A DNA stretch of 49,477 nucleotides, taken from IMG/VR virus record IMGVR_UViG_2703718798_000005; one strand, given 5' to 3'. Shown in pieces: positions 28,381 to 38,371 of the stretch (position 1 is the first letter of the stretch; the number at the start of each line of letters is the position of its first letter). The position numbers and the translations under genes are program-made. The DNA is from a virus (taxonomy: Duplodnaviria; Heunggongvirae; Uroviricota; Caudoviricetes). The notes below the pieces were generated by a model. The model made no database searches. It saw only the letters and a list, made by a program, of their open reading frames with translations, and was not told the DNA's origin.

Positions 28381-28506
28381 AGAAGCGGCAATTATCCTGG
28401 GGATGGTGACAAAAAGCGGTCCGGAATGGGCGCTTAACCTCCCCCTGTCGCAACTTTACCGGCACTGCCGACAGACAGAAAAAATCATCAGAACGAAGCA
28501 GTAAGT

Positions 28507-30582
28507 ATGGCCCGAAATCTCAGAGCATCTCTGATAGTTGATTTGCTCGGCAATATCTCAGCCAAATCCCGCCAGTGGTCACAGGAGCTGGGGGCATTCT
28601 CACGCTCCGGCCAGGCGGGGCTGGGTGGCCTGGGAAATGCTGCCCGCCGTGCCGGGCAGGAAACAGATGTACTCGGAAGCAGGATGCAGCGCACGCTGGC
28701 CGGGGTGCGGGGCAGTATCCGCCATGTCACTTCTGATTTTGACCGTCTTCAGGGCAGTATTACCGGCACCATCGGGCGGATCAGCAATCTTTACGGAATG
28801 CTGGCCGGTGGTGCTGCTGTATATGGCTTTAACCGGGGATTTATTCGCCCGGCAGCGGAGATGGAAACCTATATGATTCGCCTGAACTCCCTTTACAAAG
28901 GGGATCGGGCGAAAACTGATGATGTCCGCAGGTGGGCAATACAGAATGCGAAGGAAACCACCTGGGGGCTGGCTGGCGTCATGCAGGAATATACGTCCAG
29001 TCTGGGCTTTGGTATGAGTGACAGGGAGGCCCGAAATTTTGTCACCATGCTTCAGGATCAGGGTGCCGTGGGCGGCTGGTCACTGTCCGATGCACAGGGG
29101 GCATCCCTGCAACTGAAACAGATGTATGCAAGAGGCAGTATTCAGGCAGCGGATGCAAATATTCTTGCCACCTACGGCATTAATGCCTACCGCGTGCTGG
29201 CTGATCGTCTGGGTGTGGACCAGAAAGTGGTCAGAAAACTTGGTGAAAAAGGGCTGCTTGGGCCGGACAGTATTCGCCTGTTATTTCAGACGCTGGCGGA
29301 ACAGGCCAGGGGAGCACAAAAGGACGCAATGAATTCCTGGAGTGGCCTGACGGCCATGATGGGTGACGTCTGGGATCAGTTTGCCCGGGATGTGATGGAC
29401 AGTGGGCCATTTGAAAAACTGAAGGGTAATCTCAGGGGATTTCTTTCATGGGTTGACAGTGCCAAATCTGATGGCAGTTACCATTCCCTGGCGGAAAGTA
29501 CGGCATCAGCCATGAACCAGGGCTTTGAGTATGCCCGTGATGCAGTGACAGGGTTTTATCAGGCGATCAGAAAGGTACGCGACACGCTTCAGGCTCTGCG
29601 GGATGCGGGCTATGGTGATGCGCTGGATCGCATTGGTCAGGGGGCACAGACCGCCGCGAAATACCTGCTGTACATGTATCTCGCCACCCGTGCCCTGAAA
29701 ATGGCGCGGGCTGTCGGAACGGGGATTATACGTCCGGGTGCTGCATTGCTGGGATACGGATTATCAGCGGCGGCCTTCCTTACCTCACCTTTCCGGCGCT
29801 CTCCTCCGGCCGGAACACCACCAGGCACATCTCAGGGACGAGGGCAACGTTTTATAAACTTTCTTACCGGGGTAAATCCGGCAGCCGTTCAGCCAGTACT
29901 TGTAACAAACTGGCCCACAGGAGGACTGTCCGGCACCGGCGCGACCGATACATCCTCAGGCGGACGTCAGGGGCGGGGCCGCAGGAAACGCGGACCGGGG
30001 CGCGGAAGACCGGTCACGCCTCCCCTGCCACCGTCCCCAGTGCCACCGTCTCCCTCTTCTGGTGGGGCAGGGTTCTGGGGGCGCATGATGGGGCGCGCCG
30101 GTGGGTTACTTTCGTCTGTCGGTAGCCGCATGGGGCTGGGGCGTTTCTCCGGCTTTTTCCGCAGTGCCGGTGGACTGGCCGGCCGGCTGGGTGGAGGTGC
30201 CCTGTGGGCTGGCGCGATGGCAGCCCCGGTTCTGCTGGATGGCAGCGCCAGTGCCACAGACAAGGGAGAAGCGGTCGGCTCTCTTGCAGGCAGTATTGCC
30301 GGTGGTGCGCTGGGGGCGGCAGCCGGACCTGTGGGGATTGCCATTGGTTCTACGGTGGGCAGCTATCTCGGTAACTATCTGGGGGGATGGCTGACTGAAG
30401 CCTGGCAGAAATTACGGGGCAGTGATGATGAAAGCAGTGGACAGGCGGTACAAAAAGCCTCTGCCCGTGTGGAGCTGGTTGCCCCGGAAGGGTGGCAGGC
30501 TCGCAGTATTGATATTGATGACACGTCCGGTCACGGACTGGATGTGAATGTCTGGAACGGAGGGAATTATGGCCTCTGGTGA
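28507..30582 (+). CDS. Tail tape measure protein
   Basis: 691 aa; Gly/Ala-rich C-terminal region; follows the chaperone. Confidence 0.8.
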   Translation: MARNLRASLIVDLLGNISAKSRQWSQELGAFSRSGQAGLGGLGNAARRAGQETDVLGSRMQRTLAGVRGSIRHVTSDFDRLQGSITGTIGRISNLYGMLAGGAAVYGFNRGFIRPAAEMETYMIRLNSLYKGDRAKTDDVRRWAIQNAKETTWGLAGVMQEYTSSLGFGMSDREARNFVTMLQDQGAVGGWSLSDAQGASLQLKQMYARGSIQAADANILATYGINAYRVLADRLGVDQKVVRKLGEKGLLGPDSIRLLFQTLAEQARGAQKDAMNSWSGLTAMMGDVWDQFARDVMDSGPFEKLKGNLRGFLSWVDSAKSDGSYHSLAESTASAMNQGFEYARDAVTGFYQAIRKVRDTLQALRDAGYGDALDRIGQGAQTAAKYLLYMYLATRALKMARAVGTGIIRPGAALLGYGLSAAAFLTSPFRRSPPAGTPPGTSQGRGQRFINFLTGVNPAAVQPVLVTNWPTGGLSGTGATDTSSGGRQGRGRRKRGPGRGRPVTPPLPPSPVPPSPSSGGAGFWGRMMGRAGGLLSSVGSRMGLGRFSGFFRSAGGLAGRLGGGALWAGAMAAPVLLDGSASATDKGEAVGSLAGSIAGGALGAAAGPVGIAIGSTVGSYLGNYLGGWLTEAWQKLRGSDDESSGQAVQKASARVELVAPEGWQARSIDIDDTSGHGLDVNVWNGGNYGLW

Positions 30583-31914
30583 CGGTCGTGGTGCGTTCCG
30601 TGGTGTGCCGTTCCTCGTCTGGCGTGAGCAGCGCGAACGTGGTGGGCGAAACATTGTCCGTCGGGAATATCCGTTACGGGAAACCGGTGGGGCAGACGAT
30701 CTGGGACCTAAACTGACTGAATTTACGTTCAGTGTACTTGTGATGGGGGATGATGTTCAGACACAGCGAAATCGTCTGCGTGATGCCCTTCGTGCTCCCG
30801 GTGCCGGGGAGCTGCTTCACCCGGATTACGGCACGTTAAATGTGCTGATAAACAGCTTTGAAAGTCGTTATAACGCCGCTGAACAGGGCGTGGTTGAGTT
30901 CACCATTAATGTCACGCCGGTAAGTGATGATACCGCACCTGCTGTCACACAGGACACGGCCGCCATTCTGGAGCAGAAGAGTACCACCGCGCTCGGGCAG
31001 GTTTTTGAAACCCTGGAAGCGGGCTGGACGGTGATCTCTGACGGAATGCACGATGTCCAGGCAATGACCGAAACCATCAGTGATAAGGTGTCCGCCCTGG
31101 AAAATGCCGTTTCCGGCATGGGGATTGTACAGGATATCAGTGCCTTTACTGCCACGTTCACGGCGCTGAAAGGGAATGCCACGGCATTACTGACAGCACC
31201 TTCCCGCATGGCCTCATCTTTTGCGGGGCTTTTCAGTGCCCTGATCACCCTGCCATCGCTGCCGTCACTGTCTTCAGGAGGCCTGAATACCCGGCCGGCA
31301 GTATCGGCCGGACGACATCCGCCGTCTCTCAGGGAATGCCGCAACTGTACAGGACATTATCTTCCCTGCGTTACGTGCTGGATGAGCAGGATAATCCGCA
31401 GACTCTCATCGGTCTGACACCGGCAGCACAAAAGAATATTCGTCTGATACGGGCGGTAATGCAGAGTGCTGCCGTGGTGGCCCAGGCACAGACCGTGGGA
31501 AAACTGCTGGATCAGGTTCTCAGTCAGGAAACCCTGCCGGACAGTGACGCAGCCCACCGTACCTGGCCTGTCTGGCTGGAAAGTTCAGTTGATCTTCAGC
31601 GCATTAACCGTGACTTAAGCGAAGCGCTCGAACGGCAGGTGATGACACTGTCCGGGCAGGGGTATACCGCCACGGCGCTGACGCTTCGTGATGCCAGACT
31701 GGCACTGACAGAGGATCTGAATACACGGGGAGTTCAGCTACCCGGTGCAACAGTAGTGACTGTACGTACCACCGAGCCTGCACTGGTGACCCTGTACCGT
31801 GCCACCGGGAACAGTACCGGCTGGCAACGTTTTGTGCGCCGTAACGGTATTGTTGATCCGCTGTTCATTCCCGGAGGCCATTCAGTGGAGGTGATTAGTG
31901 AGCAGCAGGGTTGA
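30569..31914 (+). pseudogene. DNA circularization protein (Mu N/gp43-like), apparently frameshifted
   Basis: N-terminal part in frame 2 (30569-31417), C-terminal part in frame 1 (open from about 31084, ATG at 31336, to 31914); the frame-2 tail is Cys-rich and implausible while frame 1 reads like protein. Confidence 0.55.
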
Positions 31915-33022
31915 ACTGTATCTGGGCGGTGAGATTTTTTCCGGCTGGCTGACGGTGAGTGTTCGTCGCTCTCTTGAACATCTGGCGGGCTCCTTTGAAC
32001 TGGGGGTAATGATGCCCGGTGTACGCCTTCCGTCATCCGTCCGTGCCGGTCAGTCTCTGGAATTGCGCATTGACGGTCAGCCTGTGATCACTGGCTGGCT
32101 GGATCAGGTCCGGCAGCGCATCAGCGCCACGCGTTTTCAGATCACGCTCAGCGGACGGGATAAAACCGGTGACCTGGTGGACTGTTCAGCCATTCATCCG
32201 GGCAGCCAGTGGAGGAACCGCACGCTGGAGCACATTGCTTCAGATTTGTGTGCTCCGTTCGGGGTCACGGTGCGCTGGCAGGTAAATGATGCAACGGCAG
32301 CCCGGCCCTTTTCCACCTTCACACTGGAAAATTCAGAAACCGTGGCAGATGCGCTGACACGGGCCGCGAGACACAGAGGCGTCCTGGTAACCAGTAATGC
32401 CGCCGGTGAACTGGTTTTCACTCAGGCCGGCAGTCAGCGTGGCGACACGCTGACGCTGGGCGAAAATCTGCTGGATTTGGATCACAACGTGGATCACCGT
32501 CTGCGCCACAGTGAATACCGTGTACGGGGGCACGGGCGTGGTGGTGGTCATGCCGGGGATGCACTGACAGCCGGAACGCTGGCCGCACCAGTTGGTACGG
32601 TGACAGACAGTGCCATCCACCGTTACAGACCGAAAATTGTGCTGGCGGATCATGCTGTTGATGCAGACGGTGCACGCCAGAGGGCTGTCCGGGAAATGCG
32701 CCGGGCGGTTGCCCGCTCTGTGCGCCTGACAGCCACCGTGCGGCACTGGTTTCGGGAGAACGGCCAGTTGTGGGATATCAACCTGCTGACGGCTGTCACG
32801 GCTCCCCGCACCGGAGTGGAAGAGCGTGATCTTCTTGTCTGTCAGGTGGAGTTTTCGCTGGATGCAAATCACGGCGAAACCACCCGTCTGATTCTGGCAC
32901 CCCGTGACGGCTTTATTGTTCCGGCAGAGCCGGGAAACAGCGGAAGCGGAAATGCGGGTGACGTGGACGCCTTCGTGCGGGCACAGATGAAAAAACAGGG
33001 GATTAAATTCAATGATGAATGA
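31898..33022 (+). CDS. Baseplate hub / late control D-like tail protein (Mu gp44-like)
   Basis: 374 aa; position after the tape measure and N genes. Confidence 0.7.
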   Translation: MSSRVELYLGGEIFSGWLTVSVRRSLEHLAGSFELGVMMPGVRLPSSVRAGQSLELRIDGQPVITGWLDQVRQRISATRFQITLSGRDKTGDLVDCSAIHPGSQWRNRTLEHIASDLCAPFGVTVRWQVNDATAARPFSTFTLENSETVADALTRAARHRGVLVTSNAAGELVFTQAGSQRGDTLTLGENLLDLDHNVDHRLRHSEYRVRGHGRGGGHAGDALTAGTLAAPVGTVTDSAIHRYRPKIVLADHAVDADGARQRAVREMRRAVARSVRLTATVRHWFRENGQLWDINLLTAVTAPRTGVEERDLLVCQVEFSLDANHGETTRLILAPRDGFIVPAEPGNSGSGNAGDVDAFVRAQMKKQGIKFNDE

Positions 33023-33626
33023 CGAAGTCATCAGCCGCCTTCTGGCCCCCGTGATGCGGGGTGTTCGTCTGCTGTTCGGGCGTGGTGTACTGACCGGCAC
33101 AACGGACACGCTGAAAATCCAGAATGTGCAAATCACCGGTATGGATGGTGAAACCTTTGATGACGTTGAACGCCCCCAGCAGTACGGGCAAATCAGCGTC
33201 CCCCTGCCTGGTGCGGAAGTTTTTCTGGCCTGTGCTGGCGGACAACGGGATCAGGCCGTGGTGCTTGTGGTGGAAGACCGCCGCAGTCGCCCGACCGGAC
33301 TTACCGCCGGAGATACCGGCGTGTATCACCATGAGGGGCACCGTATACGTCTGACAAAGAACGGCCGGATCATTGTGACCTGTAAGACACTGGAGATTTA
33401 CGCCGATGAAGGTGTTCAGGTGGATACACCGGAGGCTCACTTTACCGGTAATATCACAGTGGATAAGAACCTGCATGTCAAAGGCAATGTGTCCATTGAC
33501 GGCACCGGAAGATCACAGGGGGCGTTCACGATGTCCGAAGCGGTTATTGCCGGGATCACCTATTCAGGTCATGTGCATCACGATAACGGTGAAGGCAGCA
33601 AAACGGGAGGACCAGAGAATGGCTGA
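33012..33626 (+). CDS. Baseplate assembly/spike protein (Mu gp45-like)
   Basis: 204 aa; position. Confidence 0.7.
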   Translation: MMNDEVISRLLAPVMRGVRLLFGRGVLTGTTDTLKIQNVQITGMDGETFDDVERPQQYGQISVPLPGAEVFLACAGGQRDQAVVLVVEDRRSRPTGLTAGDTGVYHHEGHRIRLTKNGRIIVTCKTLEIYADEGVQVDTPEAHFTGNITVDKNLHVKGNVSIDGTGRSQGAFTMSEAVIAGITYSGHVHHDNGEGSKTGGPENG

Positions 33627-34056
33627 TATTGCTGTCGTCTGGGATCAGGGTTGTGGTTCCCTGCAACTGAACGGCGCAGATCTTCTGACGGATAACAGCC
33701 TGCTGACTGCGGTCATTATTTCACTGTTTACGGACAGGCGGGCGCTGGATTCCGATGAAATCCCTGACGGCACCCGTGACCGTCGGGGATGGTGGGGAGA
33801 CAGTTTCCGGGAGCGCCCCATTGGCTCCCGTCTCTGGCTGTTAAGCCGTGAAAAGACGCTGTCCTCCGTGGTCAGCCGTGCACAGGCCTATGCTGATGAA
33901 GCGCTGGCGTGGCTGCATAAAAGCGGTGCTGCCACATCCGTGGTATGTCATGCCATGCGTGTGGGGCATGATCGCCTTTCGCTTTCCGTGAAAATCACCC
34001 TGCCGGACGGAAGCAGACATCCGATGATTTTTTATGCTGATATGAAGGGGGAATGA
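33619..34056 (+). CDS. Baseplate protein (Mu gp46-like)
   Basis: Start moved to ATG 33619 overlapping the preceding stop; position. Confidence 0.65.
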   Translation: MADIAVVWDQGCGSLQLNGADLLTDNSLLTAVIISLFTDRRALDSDEIPDGTRDRRGWWGDSFRERPIGSRLWLLSREKTLSSVVSRAQAYADEALAWLHKSGAATSVVCHAMRVGHDRLSLSVKITLPDGSRHPMIFYADMKGE

Positions 34057-35138
34057 TGCCTTATCAGCCCTTACCACTGGCGCAACTGATCACACAGACA
34101 CAACAGGATATCAGCCAGCGCCTGCCCGGTTCGCAGCCGGGCGTGAATGAAACCACCCTGAATGCCATTGCGTATGCACTGGCGGGTCTGTCAGCACAGG
34201 AGCATGAACATCTGGCCTGGATCTCCCGGCAGATAATTCCGACAGAAGCTGATGAAGCCGAACTCCTGAAACACTGCGCATTCTGGGGTGTCATCCGTAA
34301 ACCGGCTTCCCGCGCTGACGGACCGGTACAACTGATGCTGACCACGGATGCAGGGATCACGGAAGGCGTACTCCTTCAGCGAAGCGATGGTGTTGTGTAC
34401 CGCATCACCGGCTCTGCGACCGGAAAAGCCGGAACACTGAATGTTAATGTGGAGGCGGAAAGTGCGGGGCGCGCCGGAAATACCCCGACCGGAACCCGCC
34501 TGTCCTTTATCACGCCACAGGCGGGCATCAACCAGACAGCCACGGTTACCGGCACGGGACTCACCGGTGGTGCGGATGTGGAAACGGTGCCGGAGTTGCT
34601 GTCCAGGCTGGTATTCCGGGTACAGAACCCGCCATCAGGGGGAACACAGTATGATTTTGAACGCTGGGCACGGGAAGTACCGGGCGTGACGCGGGCATGG
34701 TGTAAGCCTGAATGGCCTGAGGCGGGTAGTGTTGGTGTGACTTTTGTTCAGGATAATAACCCTGACATTTTCCCCGGAGAAGGTGATGTGAAGCGGGTGG
34801 CGGATTATATCCGCAGTCATGATGATCCGGCGACGGGCCAGCCCGTTGGTCAGCCACTTGGGCCGACAATCAGCGTGTTTAAGCTGACCAATAAGCCGGT
34901 GGCGTTTGAGATCAGGATTGTACCCAAAACGCCGGAAAATCAGGCTGCCGTAAAACAGGCATTAACGGACCTGCTTTATAACGAATCGCGGCCGGGTGGA
35001 CTTGTATTGCCTTCATCATTCTGGCGGGCTGTTGCAGGGGTGAAAGGACTGGAGGATTTTGAAGTTCGCAGTCCGCTGAAGTCCGTGATGGCCGGAGATA
35101 CAGAGTTGCTGACCGTGGGGGAAATCACATGGCTGTAA
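34053..35138 (+). CDS. Baseplate J-like protein (Mu gp47-like)
   Basis: 361 aa; position and size. Confidence 0.75.
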   Translation: MMPYQPLPLAQLITQTQQDISQRLPGSQPGVNETTLNAIAYALAGLSAQEHEHLAWISRQIIPTEADEAELLKHCAFWGVIRKPASRADGPVQLMLTTDAGITEGVLLQRSDGVVYRITGSATGKAGTLNVNVEAESAGRAGNTPTGTRLSFITPQAGINQTATVTGTGLTGGADVETVPELLSRLVFRVQNPPSGGTQYDFERWAREVPGVTRAWCKPEWPEAGSVGVTFVQDNNPDIFPGEGDVKRVADYIRSHDDPATGQPVGQPLGPTISVFKLTNKPVAFEIRIVPKTPENQAAVKQALTDLLYNESRPGGLVLPSSFWRAVAGVKGLEDFEVRSPLKSVMAGDTELLTVGEITWL

Positions 35139-35689
35139 CCCTGACCCCGCATCAGCGCGCCCTGTTGCAGTTGCTGCCTGACGGGCTGGCATGGGATAAG
35201 CGGCCGTCATCCGTTCTTGCGGCTTTGTGCCTGGGCCTCAGTCATTCCACGGAGCGTGTTTCCTGGACCGGTAACCAGATGCTGGCAGAACGTTTTCCTG
35301 ATTCATCCCGTCTGCTGCTGGAAGACTGGGAGCGTTATCTGGGGTTACCGGAATGTGATATGACCGGCGCAACCATTCAGGAACGTCAGCGTTATGCAGG
35401 GAATAAATACCGGATGAAACCCTCTCTTAACCGTGAATTTTATATCCGGTTTGCGGCAGAGTTTGGTTATGAAATAGATATTCAGCCATCACCGGATTCA
35501 CAGTGGGTCAGTATTGTCACGATAAACAGTGAAACCGGCTACCGGAATATGAATGTGCTGGATGATATTCTCACCCCGCTGCGTATTTATGAGGGTGGTG
35601 CGCTGGAATGTATTCTGAACCGTTATAAGCCTGCATGGCAGACGTTTATTTACGTGTATGCAAACAGTCACAAAGAGGAGAATATTTAA
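35129..35689 (+). CDS. Tail protein (Mu gp48-like, DUF2313-like)
   Basis: 186 aa; position before the tail fibre gene. Confidence 0.65.
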   Translation: MAVTLTPHQRALLQLLPDGLAWDKRPSSVLAALCLGLSHSTERVSWTGNQMLAERFPDSSRLLLEDWERYLGLPECDMTGATIQERQRYAGNKYRMKPSLNREFYIRFAAEFGYEIDIQPSPDSQWVSIVTINSETGYRNMNVLDDILTPLRIYEGGALECILNRYKPAWQTFIYVYANSHKEENI

Positions 35690-36600
35690 TGTTCCATGTT
35701 GATAATAATTCCGGCGTGGCGAATATGCCTGAACTGGCTCCGGCGCAGAGTAATACCACCACCTGGTTTACCGAAGGTGACGGACAAAAAGGTATCAGCT
35801 GGATTGGTCAGGACTGGCTGAATATTCTCCAGGCCGAACTGCTGAATATTCTGGCTGAAGCCAGTATTCAGCCGGATAAGGCGCAGTTAAACCAGCTTAC
35901 GCTGTCCATTAAAGCCATTATCGCTGCGAATGCCTTTTCCCGGAAAAACAACCTGAAAGAAATTGCTGATGCCGGTGCGGAAGCCCAGCGTCTGGCCCGT
36001 GGTTATCTTGGTCTGGGGACGCTTGCCACAAAAAACAGTCTTGGTCCCGCTGACGTTAATGCCCTGGCGAAGGATCAGAACCTTGCCGACCTGGAGAATG
36101 CGGAAACCGCCCGTAATAATCTGGATGTTTACAGCAGGAGCGAAGGTGATAACCGTTACCTGCGCAGGGACCAGAATGGCGCGGATATCCAGGACAAAGG
36201 AACCTTTATCGATAACCTCGGTTTACGGGAAACGGTAAATAAGGCTGCTGATGCCCTGCCATCGGCTGGAACCGCCGTGGCAGCAAACAGACTCGCCACC
36301 CCAAGAAATATTAATGGTGTTCCTTTTGACGGAACGCTGGATATCAACATCACGTCAGGAATGACGCAGTCAACCGCAGATGGCCGGTATGTACAGAATG
36401 TTCAGCTTGGAGCACAGAGCTATCATTCACCCGGAGGCAATGAAATGTCATGGAATTACAGCGCACCTTCCGGTTGTATGCTTTCCGGTATTAACGTGCA
36501 GGAAACCGGCTCCCGGTCTGCGGACAATATCGGTGGGGTCTATTATCGCCCGGTTCAGATTTATATTAATAATACCTGGAGAACGGTAAGTTCAGTGTAA
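35689..36600 (+). CDS. Tail fibre protein S (constant part plus currently fused variable tip)
   Basis: Start at ATG 35689 overlapping the preceding stop; crosses the left recombination site at about 36206-36231; last roughly 120 aa lie inside the invertible segment. Confidence 0.8.
   Translation: MFHVDNNSGVANMPELAPAQSNTTTWFTEGDGQKGISWIGQDWLNILQAELLNILAEASIQPDKAQLNQLTLSIKAIIAANAFSRKNNLKEIADAGAEAQRLARGYLGLGTLATKNSLGPADVNALAKDQNLADLENAETARNNLDVYSRSEGDNRYLRRDQNGADIQDKGTFIDNLGLRETVNKAADALPSAGTAVAANRLATPRNINGVPFDGTLDINITSGMTQSTADGRYVQNVQLGAQSYHSPGGNEMSWNYSAPSGCMLSGINVQETGSRSADNIGGVYYRPVQIYINNTWRTVSSV
36206..36231. repeat. Left recombination site (gix-like) inside the tail fibre gene
   Basis: TTATCGATAACCTCGGTTTACGGGAA, close to the Mu gix sequence as recalled. 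Confidence 0.7.
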
Positions 36601-36634
36601 ACCACAGAAAAGGGTGCTGAATGCACCCTCTGAA

Positions 36635-37156
36635 TTATTCCGGTTTTTCCGGCCAGGGAATCGCCTGGTAATGCCCCTCACTGGCAATATCATTAAAGTG
36701 CATTTCTTTAAGCTGTCGGATATACGCCATCCAGCGCGTCAGCTGTAATTTATTTTCATCGCTAATCATGTCCAGTTTTAATTCTGTTTTCCAGTCATCC
36801 ACGGTTTCGTTGGCTTCCTGGAGCAGCGATGAGCGACGCTTTTCAGCAACCGTCTTCCAGTTTACCGGCACCTTTGATATCAGGCCATCAGAAAACTGCC
36901 AGTTACCGTCAATATTCACACCTTCCGGCAGTTCGTCCACTTCAACAACAGTAAAACCTGCCGGATATAAAGCAGAGACATCTTCAGCAACAGAGCAGAT
37001 AATACCCGTTACAGGCGAAATACAGAGTTTGTATTTCTTTGTAAAAAGCGGGATAGATTCATAAAAATCCCTTCCGTCCTCACTCTGGAAATACTGAACA
37101 TCCTCACCATAGGGTTTGTCTTTCGGGTAATATCGTTTGACATTAATCAGTTGCAT
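36635..37156 (-). CDS. Tail fibre assembly protein (Tfa/U-like)
   Basis: Start moved to internal Met (MQLINVKRYY); C-terminal ...QAIPWPEKPE typical of Tfa chaperones; inside the invertible segment. Confidence 0.75.
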   Translation of the reverse strand: MQLINVKRYYPKDKPYGEDVQYFQSEDGRDFYESIPLFTKKYKLCISPVTGIICSVAEDVSALYPAGFTVVEVDELPEGVNIDGNWQFSDGLISKVPVNWKTVAEKRRSSLLQEANETVDDWKTELKLDMISDENKLQLTRWMAYIRQLKEMHFNDIASEGHYQAIPWPEKPE

Positions 37157-37277
37157 AAACATCACCATGTAAATCAATGATAAAAACAGGAATAATACTA
37201 TCGCCATATACAGGCAATGCTTGTCTGAAATAACGCATATTTCAGATGCTGGCTGCTGTGTGCTATGCCCCCGTTAA

Positions 37278-37649
37278 TTAAATACTTGCAGCGGATACCC
37301 AATGCCCATTAATACAATATTGTATCTGTCTGTAATAAACACGGTCATCACCACCACGCATTTCCCAGTCTCCGTCAGTCTTAAAACCGGTAATCACATT
37401 TCCTGATGACAGGGAGTAATTATATTCCAGTCCGCCGCTTAATGCCTGCGCTCCCAGTCTTACCCCTGTAACATAACGCTGATTGGCCGTTGATTCCGGC
37501 ATTCCTGACGTAATGTTTATATCCTGCGTGCCGTCAAAGGCGACACCATTGATTCTGCGGGCATTTGCCAGCCTGCTTGCTGCAACAGCCGTACCGTTTG
37601 ATGGCAGGGCATTCGCGGCCCTGTTTACCGTATCCCGTAAACCGAGGTT
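37278..37649 (-). CDS. Alternative tail-fibre C-terminal segment (promoterless until inversion)
   Basis: Minus-strand frame reads NLGLRDTVNRAANALPSNGTAVAASRLA..., parallel to NLGLRETVNKAADALPSAGTAVAANRLA... of the expressed tip; a stop lies immediately outside the right recombination site. Confidence 0.7.
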   Translation of the reverse strand, partial: NLGLRDTVNRAANALPSNGTAVAASRLANARRINGVAFDGTQDINITSGMPESTANQRYVTGVRLGAQALSGGLEYNYSLSSGNVITGFKTDGDWEMRGGDDRVYYRQIQYCINGHWVSAASI

Positions 37650-37657
37650 TCAGGGAT
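37632..37657. repeat. Right recombination site (gix-like), inverted
   Basis: ATCCCGTAAACCGAGGTTTCAGGGAT, inverted relative to the left site. Confidence 0.7.
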
Positions 37658-37711
37658 GCCGTATATCTACTTTAAAAGGCTTTTCCACCTCTTTTTAAGG
37701 AAGGTAAATAC

Positions 37712-38272
37712 ATGCTGATTGGCTATATACGCGTATCAACAAATGACCAGAACACCGGTTTACAAAGAAATGCGCTGGAATGTGCAGGATGTGAGCAGAT
37801 TTTTGAAGACAAAATGAGTGGTAAAACGACACAGCGGCCGGGACTGAAGCGGGCACTGAAGAAACTAAAACCCGGTGACACGCTGATGGTCTGGAAACTG
37901 GACAGGCTGGGGCGCAGTATGCGCCACCTTGTTGCGCTGACAGATGAATTACAGCAACAGGGGATAAATTTTCGTAGTCTTACTGACAACATTGATACGT
38001 CAACCCCCATGGGGCGCTTCTTTTTTCACATAATGGGTGCGCTGGCAGAAATGGAGCGTGAATTAATTGTCGAACGGACACGGGCTGGTCTTGCAGCTGC
38101 CCGTGAAAGGGGACGAACCGGCGGCAGACCCCGCCGTCTCACGCAGGAACAATACGAGCAGGTCGGGCGTTTACTGGCCGGGGGTGTCAGTCGAAGACAG
38201 GTGGCACTTATTTTTGATATCGGTCTTTCAACCCTTTATCGTTATTATCCTGCGAGCGTTTCGGAAAAATAA
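37712..38272 (+). CDS. gin: Serine DNA invertase (Gin/Hin/Cin family)
   Basis: 186 aa; N-terminal MLIGYIRVSTNDQN catalytic-Ser motif; C-terminal HTH; adjacent to the invertible segment. Confidence 0.9.
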   Translation: MLIGYIRVSTNDQNTGLQRNALECAGCEQIFEDKMSGKTTQRPGLKRALKKLKPGDTLMVWKLDRLGRSMRHLVALTDELQQQGINFRSLTDNIDTSTPMGRFFFHIMGALAEMERELIVERTRAGLAAARERGRTGGRPRRLTQEQYEQVGRLLAGGVSRRQVALIFDIGLSTLYRYYPASVSEK

Positions 38273-38371
38273 GACGCTCTCTTTGTTGGGCCTTTACTGA
38301 ATTAACGCAAAATGGCGTTTATCGGTCTGTGGATATGATAATTCAGTTTATTCAGGAACAGGCTGATTATT

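Larger units (their letters stand above)
36206..37657. other. Invertible G-like DNA segment (about 1.45 kb) bounded by inverted recombination sites
   Basis: Inverted repeats AACCTCGGTTTACGGGA(A/T)ACGGTAAA at both borders; contains fibre tip (+), tail-fibre assembly gene (-) and alternative promoterless fibre tip (-); serine invertase gene immediately to the right. Confidence 0.8.

Noticed and set aside
36768-37064. 98 aa plus-strand ORF inside the invertible segment (candidate second tail-fibre assembly gene)
   Set aside because: Antisense to the Tfa gene, Ser-rich with no Tfa-like C-terminus.
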